Assembly (NCBI GenBank): GCA_043812915.1
Contig: JBDRLQ010000001.1
Location: 28,019-92,018, forward strand
DNA length: 64,000 bases
Source of the DNA: Candidatus Micrarchaeota archaeon
GTDB lineage: Archaea > Micrarchaeota > Micrarchaeia > Anstonellales > Bilamarchaeaceae
Reading direction: 5' to 3'
Shown here: positions 29,085-38,053 of the stretch, in pieces
Layout: each line of letters opens with the position of its first letter
Numbering within the stretch: the stretch's first letter is position 1
The notes under the pieces: model-generated
Seen by the model: the letters and a program-made list of their open reading frames with translations, nothing else
What the model was told of the DNA's origin: nothing
The model's database searches: none
Program-made: the position numbers and the translations under genes

Positions 29085-29522
29085 ACGGATTTAAAGAAAA
29101 TCATATCTTCTGCCCTTGTTCCTACTTTAGCTATTGCTGCTCTTTACATCATCCTTCTTGTTCTGTTGATTGATCTGGCTCTTCCACTTACTTTTGTTGG
29201 AGCCCTTAACTGGGCAGTTCTGCTATATTTCGGTTATTCAACTGTAAGGAAAGGACAGACAGCTATCGAAGCCGCGATTTCAGGCGCACTGGCATCAGTG
29301 TTCTCATTTGCATCATATGTCTTTTCTATCATTCTCATGTTTTCATTATTGCTCAAGGAAAAAACATTTGATTTTGTTTCTTTCATGGGTGGATTTTTTG
29401 TGGCTGTTACCGCCCCAGATGATGCGGGCGTCTTTCATGTGGCGGCTTTGTTTGTATTTGGAATGTTGCTGGTCGGGCTAATCCTAAAGGAGCTATATTG
29501 GCTGGTTTTGGAGGCCCTTTAG
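29085..29522 (+). CDS. Hypothetical four-TM membrane protein, start codon unclear (ACG?)
   Basis: Hydrophobic ORF; no in-frame ATG before the first TM; ACG at 29085 sits ~26 nt after TAATTATAA. Confidence 0.45.
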   Translation, partial: TDLKKIISSALVPTLAIAALYIILLVLLIDLALPLTFVGALNWAVLLYFGYSTVRKGQTAIEAAISGALASVFSFASYVFSIILMFSLLLKEKTFDFVSFMGGFFVAVTAPDDAGVFHVAALFVFGMLLVGLILKELYWLVLEAL

Positions 29523-29593
29523 GAAAAAGACCGGGCCAGTTCCGGCCTTCTCCAAAATAAACTAATCTTTGTTGTTTTCAATATCACTTTGTC

Positions 29594-29718
29594 TCAGACC
29601 GCACGTCAATCGTCATCGCTGGACGCTGTGGCCGGGAAAGCCCCTGAACTGCAATCGATTGACACCGGTTGCGGTTGCTGGCTTAGAGCGTCAGCTCAGT
29701 GATCACCTTTGTCATCAT
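29594..29718 (-). ncRNA. Box C/D-like guide RNA with long structured insert; guides complementary to 16S rRNA
   Basis: C AUGAUGA (29718-29712), guide CAAAGGUGAUCA, D' CUGA, ~75-nt insert, C' GCGAUGA, guide CGAUUGACGUGCGGU, D CUGA (29597-29594); GATATAAA upstream. Confidence 0.75.
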
Positions 29719-29760
29719 CTGTAGTAATTAGTGAGCTTCTCCTTTATATCGCTTTCCAAT

Positions 29761-31605
29761 TCAGCGGAAGCCCCCGCCACCAGAGAAGCCGCCGCCGGAG
29801 AATCCCCCACCGCCGCCGCTCCATCCTCCCGAGGAATGGGATGAGAAGCCTCCTGATCCACCCGAACTGGCGACCCTCCCCGCCCGGTTGCCGTACTGGC
29901 CAAGGTTGTATATCGCCATCACGCTTCCATAGTATGCCATGGAAGAGATTGCAACGTCATCCATCCTCTCAACCCTTCGGGCAAAGGCGTAATCAAGCTC
30001 TGAAAGGTGCTGCTTAACCTTCTTGGCCTGGCCCAAAGCGGTCGCATATTTCAGAATGTCATCCCATATTATGGCCGAGGCGGGCGGATATTCCTTTATC
30101 CTTGATGATTTGAGCCCCTGGTAGAACCCATCCCATTTTGTATATAGCTCGAGGTTCTTCTTATCCTTCGGGATATCTGTTTTCAGGAGCAAAAGGGCTG
30201 AAACCAGGGACATTGCGGCGAAACCTATCGCACTGCCGAAAATGACTGCAAGCAGGATGTTCTCCCCATGCAGGAAATACCATTCAATGTCGGTTGAGAA
30301 AAATGCGCAGGTCATTATCAGGAAGAAGATGCCAAAGGTCACTCCCACTCCGGTAACCATTGCGCGCTTATTCTCTGCGGATGTGCTTAGCCTCTTCACC
30401 TCACTGTCCTCAAGGCGTGATCTTATGCCCTCCTTGAATTCCTTCCTGAATTTCTTCATGGCCTTGACAATCGGCATGTCTTCCGCATCCGATTTCTTCT
30501 TGACCTTGTCATACCCGGCCATCATTTTGTCAAGGTCAACCTCATTCTTGTCCATGAATATCAGGTCCAGTACAGAGTTCTCGTAATCCTTGAGGTCCAT
30601 AAGCCTTTTTTTGAGCATGAGTATGGTGCGCTCCTTCTCCAGCTCCGTCCCCACATGCCCTTCCCTTTCCATCTCGAGGATGTCTATTACGCCCTTGCTT
30701 ATCAGGCCTATGATTGTCGCGGCCATCAGCTCCTTCATCTTGTACTCGTTCCGGACAAGGGAACTTACCACCACCGGCTCATCTTTTCCTGGAGGCATGA
30801 TGGTCTCTGGTCCCTTGGGCCTTCCAATCTCCCGCATGAACATCAATGCCGCAACAAGTGCGGAAAGCAGGAACAGCGGCAAGCAGCAGTATTCCAGCAT
30901 CGGCTTCTCAGGCTCAAGCACGGTCTCTGAGCCGTAAATCAAGCGCTCCTCCTTCAGTATCGCATAGGCCGAGGCATCCACGGCATTCAAAGTCTGCACC
31001 GAACCCCTGTCGAACAAGTAGCACCCCCCGACATAGTTGCCGGGAGGGACATTATCCATATCGATTATGATGCTCAAATCATCCACGAATGCGTCCCCTT
31101 TCCTTTCCGAATATACTTCGAAATGCATGGTCTTGCCGGCAGAACGCGGGGGCAGTGTGGTGTTTGCCCTGAATGCCTTTCCTGTTGCAGCCCAGTTGGC
31201 CCCGTAGTGCTCAAAGCACACCTTGGCAAAATCATTGTAGAGCTCAACCCGGTTGGCTATCGTGTATTCCAGCTCAACCACGTTCTCCCCGCGCACTGTC
31301 CGTTCCCAGACAATCTCGGCCTTATCCTGGTTGAGCACCTTCTCAAATGGGGAGGGGGCGCCATTCACTTTCACCCCTGAAACGGAAATATCTGATAAGC
31401 TGCTGAAATCAGCGCTCCGGATTGAGCGGTAGCCTTCGTTGTACTGCTGCTCCAGGTCGAACACGATTCGCTCGTAGATATCAAGGCTGCCGTCCTCCTG
31501 GACAGTAACCTGGCTGTAATAATCAAGAATTGAAAAGGCGTTCAGGGCTGATACCAAAGCCAGAAGCATGAAAAACTGGAGCGTGCGCATGCACTCATTT
31601 TGCAC
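29761..31605 (-). CDS. DUF2207 (YciQ-like) membrane protein
   Basis: V.V.EDGSL.I.E N-terminus, AATII.L..KG, W..F, WD..L.YATALG, Gly/Ser-rich GGGFSGGG tail. Confidence 0.88.
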   Translation of the reverse strand: MQNECMRTLQFFMLLALVSALNAFSILDYYSQVTVQEDGSLDIYERIVFDLEQQYNEGYRSIRSADFSSLSDISVSGVKVNGAPSPFEKVLNQDKAEIVWERTVRGENVVELEYTIANRVELYNDFAKVCFEHYGANWAATGKAFRANTTLPPRSAGKTMHFEVYSERKGDAFVDDLSIIIDMDNVPPGNYVGGCYLFDRGSVQTLNAVDASAYAILKEERLIYGSETVLEPEKPMLEYCCLPLFLLSALVAALMFMREIGRPKGPETIMPPGKDEPVVVSSLVRNEYKMKELMAATIIGLISKGVIDILEMEREGHVGTELEKERTILMLKKRLMDLKDYENSVLDLIFMDKNEVDLDKMMAGYDKVKKKSDAEDMPIVKAMKKFRKEFKEGIRSRLEDSEVKRLSTSAENKRAMVTGVGVTFGIFFLIMTCAFFSTDIEWYFLHGENILLAVIFGSAIGFAAMSLVSALLLLKTDIPKDKKNLELYTKWDGFYQGLKSSRIKEYPPASAIIWDDILKYATALGQAKKVKQHLSELDYAFARRVERMDDVAISSMAYYGSVMAIYNLGQYGNRAGRVASSGGSGGFSSHSSGGWSGGGGGFSGGGFSGGGGFR

Positions 31606-31614
31606 ACATGCTTT

Positions 31615-32304
31615 TTATCTGTTGCCCTGTCTCTGAGGGGTGGGTGAGATGCGCACCTCCCTTGAAGTTACCTCTATGCCTTTTGCCGAGCTTTCTTCGG
31701 TTGTTGGCGAATCATTTGCGGGGCCGGTGCTGCTCACGCTTGTTATCGTGGTGAAGCGGACTTCTATCCTGTGCCCGGGTGTCCAGCCCCTCTGCCGTAC
31801 AAGATTCCCTTTATTGGTGACCGGCACGAAATAGAATGAGACTCCGTTGTCCTCACCAGGGACTGCTGCAACGAGCGCCCTTTCAGCTCTTTTGAAAGCC
31901 CCGTTCAGTTTTACCTCGGAATTCTCCTGAGAGCCATCCGCATGCATTACTTTGATACGTACTCTCTTACCTACCATGTCAATCTCGGCGGTTATCTTTG
32001 ATGTTGCCCTTTCTCCTGCCATCTCAACCGCTTCTGCCGGTGCATTCTTCCGCGGGATTGAGAATGCAAGGCCATCCCCTCCCTTCCTGGCAATGCCAAA
32101 TGCGCTTATCTCGTTTCTTTCCTCTCCCTTTGCGAGTATCGACCGTGAGTATCTCTTGCCAAGCTTCCTGGGCATTCCCTGTTCGGCCTGGACTTCAATC
32201 CTGAGCGGCTCCCTGAGCGTGGGCTGGCCTCTTACGCCTCCGCATGAAGTTGCCGCGACTGCCATCATTAGGGCGGCAGCTGAACGCAAATTTTTTGCTT
32301 TCAT
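31615..32304 (-). CDS. Hypothetical lipoprotein
   Basis: MKAKNL start with AGGAGG RBS; lipobox-like AATSC. Confidence 0.6.
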   Translation of the reverse strand: MKAKNLRSAAALMMAVAATSCGGVRGQPTLREPLRIEVQAEQGMPRKLGKRYSRSILAKGEERNEISAFGIARKGGDGLAFSIPRKNAPAEAVEMAGERATSKITAEIDMVGKRVRIKVMHADGSQENSEVKLNGAFKRAERALVAAVPGEDNGVSFYFVPVTNKGNLVRQRGWTPGHRIEVRFTTITSVSSTGPANDSPTTEESSAKGIEVTSREVRISPTPQRQGNR

Positions 32305-32372
32305 TTTTTTATCCCTCCTGACACTCACGTAATACTGGCAAAAAGAGTTTATAAATGTTATTAATGCTGGAT

Positions 32373-33875
32373 TTAGATGGCATTTCTTATCTTGGGATAC
32401 AGATTCCTGAACTGCGCGAGCCATTCCCGCCTCTCTTTCCTCAGCTCCTCGGTCATCTGCAAATACTCATTCCTGCCGTAATGCTTCTCCGGGTGGAATT
32501 TGGATACGTCCACTTCAGGGCAGCTGTCGAGCACCTGGTAGTTCCAGTCCGGGTCCTTCTTCCACTGCACAGTGCCCCTGACAATCTCCCTCATAATAAC
32601 TGTGGAGTCATGCACGGTTATCTTCTCTCCGGGGCCACTCCCGCCATCCCCTATCATCCCTGTATTCAGCAGATAGCATTCAAGGTGCGGATTTTTTTTC
32701 AGCAGGTCATGGAAGCGGTTCCCCTCTTCATCAGGGGGCCCTATGATGAACGGGTTGGTGCCAACAACCCTCCTTGATTTGCCCGGGTCGACATCAGATG
32801 CCGCGCTTCCGACGGATTCGCCCAGCATGAAGAACGCTGCCCCCATCACTTCGTCCAGCTTGGCAACTGGGGGCACTATGGTGTTTCTCCTTGTTATGAA
32901 TAGGATGATGTCTGCCCTTGGCAGGTCGATGGATGTATTGGTAAATCCTATCTCCTTCCTCATCACAACCGCCCTGCCGTTGCTTGTTAGGGATGTGTCA
33001 AAGAAATCCACCCCCCCGCCAGGCAGGACCTTTATGTTCTCAAAGAGCGCGTTCCGGCTGATCGCGGCATTAAAAAGAAGCGGCTGGTCGGCAGGTTCCA
33101 GGCCGTCCGTCTTTATGTAGAAGTTGTCTTCCGTTCCTGTGCAGGATGAGTCCTTCTGCATCAGCACAACGTCATCCTGCCTTATCACGACGCCCTCCCC
33201 GCCTTCCTTGTCCAGCCAGTGGTGGTGGCAGGTGAGCGTGGTCTTCCCTGTCGCGCTAAGGCCGAAGAGCAGCACCCCTTTTTCCTGCAGCCTTCCCTTA
33301 GCATCAATGATCTTCATTAGCTTGGAGCCCGCGTGCAGCCCAAGACCGCCCGCCTGCTTCGTCCGGTACATCGCCATCCGCAGGTTCGCCTTCTTCATCT
33401 CCCCGGTGTAGTCGGAGCCGAGCACGAATGTGATGCCGCTCTTGGGATCTGCAATTATCTTTATCTCCGGCCATTCAGGTACCTGTACTGTATTGAAATC
33501 AGGCTTTCCCTCCCCTGCACAGTCGAAGAGCATCCTTCCCCACATGTATGGTATGTGCGGATAATCAGCGGAGACGAGCGCCCTGCATATGAACGGCTTG
33601 GTCTGGCACATCCTCCGCTCCAGCATAATCAGCTTCCTGCCCCTGAGATATTCAACCAGTTTCCCAACAGTCTTTTTCTGCTCTGCGGTGGGCTCCCCAT
33701 CGACTATTTCGGTATTCTTGGCGCTCCGCCCCCTAACTTTCGTTGTGAACGCAAGGGCTCCGAAATCGGTTTCCTTCCCTTCCTTGAGGGACATCCTTCG
33801 CAAATCCCCAAAGGAGGGATTCTCATCCAGCTCTGCGTCATCAATTATCTGCCTGAGCGCTTCTTCGAATGCCAT
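32373..33875 (-). CDS. pckA: Phosphoenolpyruvate carboxykinase (ATP)
   Basis: Y.GEMKK, LHAG, FGLSATGKTTL, QDD, YIKT, LFEN, NGR, NPF, LLNTG. Confidence 0.92.
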   Translation of the reverse strand: MAFEEALRQIIDDAELDENPSFGDLRRMSLKEGKETDFGALAFTTKVRGRSAKNTEIVDGEPTAEQKKTVGKLVEYLRGRKLIMLERRMCQTKPFICRALVSADYPHIPYMWGRMLFDCAGEGKPDFNTVQVPEWPEIKIIADPKSGITFVLGSDYTGEMKKANLRMAMYRTKQAGGLGLHAGSKLMKIIDAKGRLQEKGVLLFGLSATGKTTLTCHHHWLDKEGGEGVVIRQDDVVLMQKDSSCTGTEDNFYIKTDGLEPADQPLLFNAAISRNALFENIKVLPGGGVDFFDTSLTSNGRAVVMRKEIGFTNTSIDLPRADIILFITRRNTIVPPVAKLDEVMGAAFFMLGESVGSAASDVDPGKSRRVVGTNPFIIGPPDEEGNRFHDLLKKNPHLECYLLNTGMIGDGGSGPGEKITVHDSTVIMREIVRGTVQWKKDPDWNYQVLDSCPEVDVSKFHPEKHYGRNEYLQMTEELRKERREWLAQFRNLYPKIRNAI

Positions 33876-33955
33876 GTGATTACCGGGAGTATTTATGGGA
33901 ACTTCCCAATTCCCAGACGCTCTTTTTATCCCTTTCCCCCCATTCTATATATCCG

Positions 33956-36259
33956 ATGATTAAATCCATCCGACTTCTGAATTGGCGCTCGCACCAAGAC
34001 ACAAACCTGCAGTTCCGCAAAGGCACGAACCTGCTTGTCGGAATCATGGGCAGCGGAAAATCGAGCGTGCTGGACGGCATAAGTTTCGCTCTTTTTGGCA
34101 CTTTCCCGGCCCTTGAGCGCAGGAAGCTCAAGCTCGATGATTTGCTGCGGCTCAATGAGAGCGAGGCGAAGGTCGCCCTTGAGTTCGAATGGAACAGCGC
34201 GGCCTACAGGACCGAGAGAGTACTCACAAAGAGCAAGAAGGGCACTTCCTCGTCGGCCTCCCTGTTCAAGGATGGGCTGCTCCTTGAGAGCGGAACCAAT
34301 GCGGTGACCTCCTACATAGAGCAGCTGCTCGCCCTGGACTATGACCTGTTCACGCGGGCAATCTATTCTGAACAGAACAACACCGATTACTTCCTGAATC
34401 TCGATCCGAGGAGGAGGAAGCAGGAGATTGACGCGCTGCTGGGCCTTGATCGGTTCGAGGATGCCAGGACCAACATAATATCCGTAATCAACCGGATTCG
34501 CTCGAACCGGAAGGTTCTGGAAGAGCGGTTCTCCCCTGAGCGCAAGAAGGAGCTGGAGGAGAAAGGGAAAGAGCTGCAGAAGCAGATTGATGTCCTCACC
34601 AAGAAGGCGGCGGCGCTGTCATCTGATTGCGAAAAGGAGAGGGTGGTGCTCACAGAAGCCCAGAAGAAGTTCGCCGAGCTCAAGGGGAAGAAGGAGGGCT
34701 TCGACAATGCCACTAGGGAGCGGCACAGGATTTCAGGCTCGCGCGAGTCACTGAAGGCCGAACTTCATGGGAAGGAGATCAGCAAGGAGAAGTATCTGCT
34801 CGAGAAAGGCGCGTATGACCTGGCAGTCCAGGAGCGCTCCGCGGTTCTTGAGATGATAAGAAAGCGCGATGCGGAATTCTCCAGCCTGTCCAAAGAGGCT
34901 GGCCAGCTGGAATCCAGGATCAAGTCCCTTGAGGAGGACAGGAAGAAGCTCGGAAGCCTGCAGGAATCCATGGAAAAAGCGCTGGGCGGGAAGCCTGTCG
35001 ATGCTTTGAGGGAAGATGCTGCGGCCCTCGAAAGGGAATACATAGCGCTCAATTCAGAGAAAGGCTCTCTCCAGGGCAGGATAAAGGACACTGAGGAGGC
35101 TTTGCATGCGCTCAAGCCCGGCTCGGCTGAATGCCCCCTCTGCGGAAGCGAACTCACTGAAGGGCACATAAGCAATATCACAACTGAGAAGAACACGCTT
35201 ATCGCAGGGTTTCAGGAGCGAATAAGGCAGATAGAGCTGCTCCTCCCCCAGAGGAAATCCTCCAGGGAGGGGATAGTCGGCCGGGTGAGGGACGCCGAGC
35301 TTGCCGGGGAGCGGATAAAGCAGCTGGCCTCCGGGCAGGCTGAACTTCCACCAACAAGGGAGGCGCGCGCGGCTCTGGATTCCAGGCTGATGGGGGCGTC
35401 CGCGGAAAAGGCATCGCTTTCAAGGAAAGCGGAGGAAATGTCCGCCTCAATCCAGGGGCAGGCAGTCTCGGTCAACCAGCACAAGGCCCTGCTGGAAAAG
35501 AAGGGGCAGCTGGAAATCCTTGAGAAGAAGCTTGGTGAAAACGAAGCGCTGCTCAGGAGCATGGTCTTCGATGAGAAGACATTCGAGGAATCCCGGCAGC
35601 TGCTCGAGGATGCGAGGATTAGGTCAGAGCGGCTGAATGCGGAAGCGCAGGCGGTCAGGAAAGAGCTGGAGTCAACGAACCAGATGGTGCCGCTGGTGAA
35701 AAAGGAGCTTGAAGGGCTGAGCGAAACAGAGAAGCTGATTTCATCCAAGGCGGCGCTTGAAGAGGAGCTTTCGATATTCCGCGGCGCGCTCCTCGAGACC
35801 CAGACCAGCCTAAGATCAAGCCTGACCGACGCAATCAACCAGGCGATGGGGGATATCTGGGCAATCTTCTATCCATACCATAACTATCCGGCACTGAGGC
35901 TTTCGGTTACAGAAAAGGACTATCTCTTCCAGGTGTATGACGGCAGTGTCTGGCGCCCGCTTGAGAGCATCGCGAGCGGCGGGGAGCGTGCAAGCGCGGC
36001 ACTCACCCTCCGCGTGGCGCTGGCAATGGTCCTGACGCCCACTCTCAGCTGGCTCATACTGGATGAGCCGACCCATAACCTGGACCGGGAGGCGATTCTC
36101 CTGCTATCGGAGACGCTCCAGCTCAAAGTCCCGGAAGTGGTCAACCAGACATTCGTGATTACGCATGAAGAGGCCCTTATGGGCTCTGAGTTCGCCTCAA
36201 GCTACAGGCTAAAAAGGGACAAGGAGCACAACGGCCCGACAAAAGCAGAAGAAATGTGA
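33956..36259 (+). CDS. rad50: Rad50-like SMC ATPase
   Basis: GIMGSGKSS Walker A, long coiled coil with CPLC zinc hook, SGGE signature, ILDEPT, ITH. Confidence 0.88.
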   Translation: MIKSIRLLNWRSHQDTNLQFRKGTNLLVGIMGSGKSSVLDGISFALFGTFPALERRKLKLDDLLRLNESEAKVALEFEWNSAAYRTERVLTKSKKGTSSSASLFKDGLLLESGTNAVTSYIEQLLALDYDLFTRAIYSEQNNTDYFLNLDPRRRKQEIDALLGLDRFEDARTNIISVINRIRSNRKVLEERFSPERKKELEEKGKELQKQIDVLTKKAAALSSDCEKERVVLTEAQKKFAELKGKKEGFDNATRERHRISGSRESLKAELHGKEISKEKYLLEKGAYDLAVQERSAVLEMIRKRDAEFSSLSKEAGQLESRIKSLEEDRKKLGSLQESMEKALGGKPVDALREDAAALEREYIALNSEKGSLQGRIKDTEEALHALKPGSAECPLCGSELTEGHISNITTEKNTLIAGFQERIRQIELLLPQRKSSREGIVGRVRDAELAGERIKQLASGQAELPPTREARAALDSRLMGASAEKASLSRKAEEMSASIQGQAVSVNQHKALLEKKGQLEILEKKLGENEALLRSMVFDEKTFEESRQLLEDARIRSERLNAEAQAVRKELESTNQMVPLVKKELEGLSETEKLISSKAALEEELSIFRGALLETQTSLRSSLTDAINQAMGDIWAIFYPYHNYPALRLSVTEKDYLFQVYDGSVWRPLESIASGGERASAALTLRVALAMVLTPTLSWLILDEPTHNLDREAILLLSETLQLKVPEVVNQTFVITHEEALMGSEFASSYRLKRDKEHNGPTKAEEM

Positions 36260-37156
36260 CTACTGATAAATCTCCTTCTCAATGGTGCAGGTCATGTCCA
36301 GCTCATCAACCGGTGTTTTCCCGGTTTTTTCCTGATACCAGTCCTTGCAGCCATCCCCGTTCACCGTGCAGTAAGTGGCGACAGCGCCGTAGATATCGCC
36401 TTTGTCCACAAGGCCTATTGCGAACAGGTACTGCATGATGTTCCGGAACTCATCCACCAAGAACGAGCGCCTCCTCGAGGCCCTCATCTTCCTAAGGTCG
36501 GAAATCGTCATCCCTTTTGCATGGAGCAGGATGTTGTTCAGGCTGAACCTGCCGATGATAAGGTTGTTTGAGTGCAGGTTCGATATGCCCTCTATAATCA
36601 TGTCTGTGAGCCTTGCCTTGTGCTCATCATCAAGGTTCTCAAGCTCAACATAGTTGACATTCTCCCTGGCGACCCTCCAGTCGAATGACCAGGCGCCATC
36701 CTCCACCCTGGAGATGACATAGTCATTGCCAGCCAGGCTCTTTAGGAATCCGACGATGCCCTCGACCGCGGCCTTTATCTTCGCGGATGCCCTATATAGC
36801 GCCTGCGCGACCTCGGAAGTTGTTTTCCTCAGGATATATACAGCGTTATTGTGCTTCACGCAGATAGTATCAGCGCCATCGCGCGCGTTCGTCTTATAGA
36901 AATCCTCAAGCGATTCCCCTTTCCGATAATCAATCTTCTTTACCTTCAGGGAGGGGCTTTGTGCCGTTCTCCATGAATACCTAATGGATACCATGTCACC
37001 GCTCTCGGTCTTGCTGGAGGTGGATGGCACTTCCTTTGTGAATTCCGGCAAGTCGTAGTCGTCCTGCTTTCCTGCCTCAAGCTCCTGCCTCTTTTGCTCG
37101 GCGCTTGAAAAATGACTTTCGGAGTATTCGAATTTCTTCATATCACTACCACACAC
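36260..37156 (-). CDS. Hypothetical protein with degenerate protein-kinase-like C-lobe
   Basis: LHSNNLIIGRFSLNNILL...ISDL resembles the LH...HGDL...NIL...DF loop without the catalytic Asp. Confidence 0.6.
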   Translation of the reverse strand: MCGSDMKKFEYSESHFSSAEQKRQELEAGKQDDYDLPEFTKEVPSTSSKTESGDMVSIRYSWRTAQSPSLKVKKIDYRKGESLEDFYKTNARDGADTICVKHNNAVYILRKTTSEVAQALYRASAKIKAAVEGIVGFLKSLAGNDYVISRVEDGAWSFDWRVARENVNYVELENLDDEHKARLTDMIIEGISNLHSNNLIIGRFSLNNILLHAKGMTISDLRKMRASRRRSFLVDEFRNIMQYLFAIGLVDKGDIYGAVATYCTVNGDGCKDWYQEKTGKTPVDELDMTCTIEKEIYQ

Positions 37157-37260
37157 AAACCTTTTTTCTAACCGTCCCTCATACTAATAGGACGCATAAA
37201 TCCTTTTAAACCTGTGTAACACTCCAATGACCACAGAATTCAAAGATTTTTTTTGAAAAT

Positions 37261-38004
37261 TCAGTCAGTCTCTATCCTCGGAGCAAGATAGTAGGTGACC
37301 TTTGCGCCCTCTATGTCGTACGCTATCCTGAGGGGCCTGTCAGTCTCCAGGTTTATGTTGAGCCTCGAGCTGCCGCTTGCCGCCTTTACTATGTCCTCCA
37401 GGTATTGCAGCGGGAATGTGGCCTTCGCCCCATCTTTAGTGGTTATCTCCTGGACTTCGCTTCCACCGTTATCGAACTGGGCGCGAACGTCGCCGTTCTC
37501 CCCCCTGACATCCACGACGAATTCACCGGGTGTCAGAATCAGCCTGACATGCGAGCTTATCAATTTGGCATCCTTGAGGGTCTCCTTGAAGGCCTCGGCC
37601 GTCATCTTGACAGCGCTCGAGAACTCTATCTTCGGCTCTTTCTGGATTCTCTCCCCAGATTCTATTAGCGGAACCTTGAAGGTCCTCTTCCTCTTGTCAG
37701 CGAGGAAGTTGATGACAAGCCTGCCTTCCTCCGTGGTGATTTCCGCCTTCTCGCCTTTCTTACCTCTTGCCAGGACATTGCTCAATTGCCCGATGTCCAC
37801 CCCGAGTTTGGACTCCTCGCTGATATTATACTCTACAAACGCCTCCTTGGGCATCGTGAATGATATCATGGATATCTGTGAGGGGTCCATCGCCTTGAGG
37901 TGCAGGCCATCTTCCTTTACCTCGAACTGACCCTCCTCAACCAGACTGACAATCGAATCTATCGCCGCTTTTAGAGCGGGCGCTTCCTGAACGACTAGTT
38001 TCAT
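37261..38004 (-). CDS. pcn: PCNA sliding clamp
   Basis: LKAMDPSQISM, F.LQYL, L.TD.PL, YYLAPRIE. Confidence 0.97.
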   Translation of the reverse strand: MKLVVQEAPALKAAIDSIVSLVEEGQFEVKEDGLHLKAMDPSQISMISFTMPKEAFVEYNISEESKLGVDIGQLSNVLARGKKGEKAEITTEEGRLVINFLADKRKRTFKVPLIESGERIQKEPKIEFSSAVKMTAEAFKETLKDAKLISSHVRLILTPGEFVVDVRGENGDVRAQFDNGGSEVQEITTKDGAKATFPLQYLEDIVKAASGSSRLNINLETDRPLRIAYDIEGAKVTYYLAPRIETD

Positions 38005-38053
38005 AATAATCCCAACCTCTCTTGTCCTTATTCACCGAAAATCAATATAATAC

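Larger units (their letters stand above)
27852..29604. mobile_element. Putative AT-rich genomic islet (Fic + membrane protein), no integrase
   Basis: Visible compositional shift plus flanking 11-bp direct repeat. Confidence 0.5.

Noticed and set aside
29600..29700. Integron attC site or riboswitch reading of the structured region
   Set aside because: No RYYYAAC/GTTRRRY ends, no IntI and no downstream gene to regulate; the C/D reading fits better
29761..29880. GC-rich CCG/GGC low-complexity repeats
   Set aside because: They encode the normal Gly/Ser tail of the DUF2207 protein
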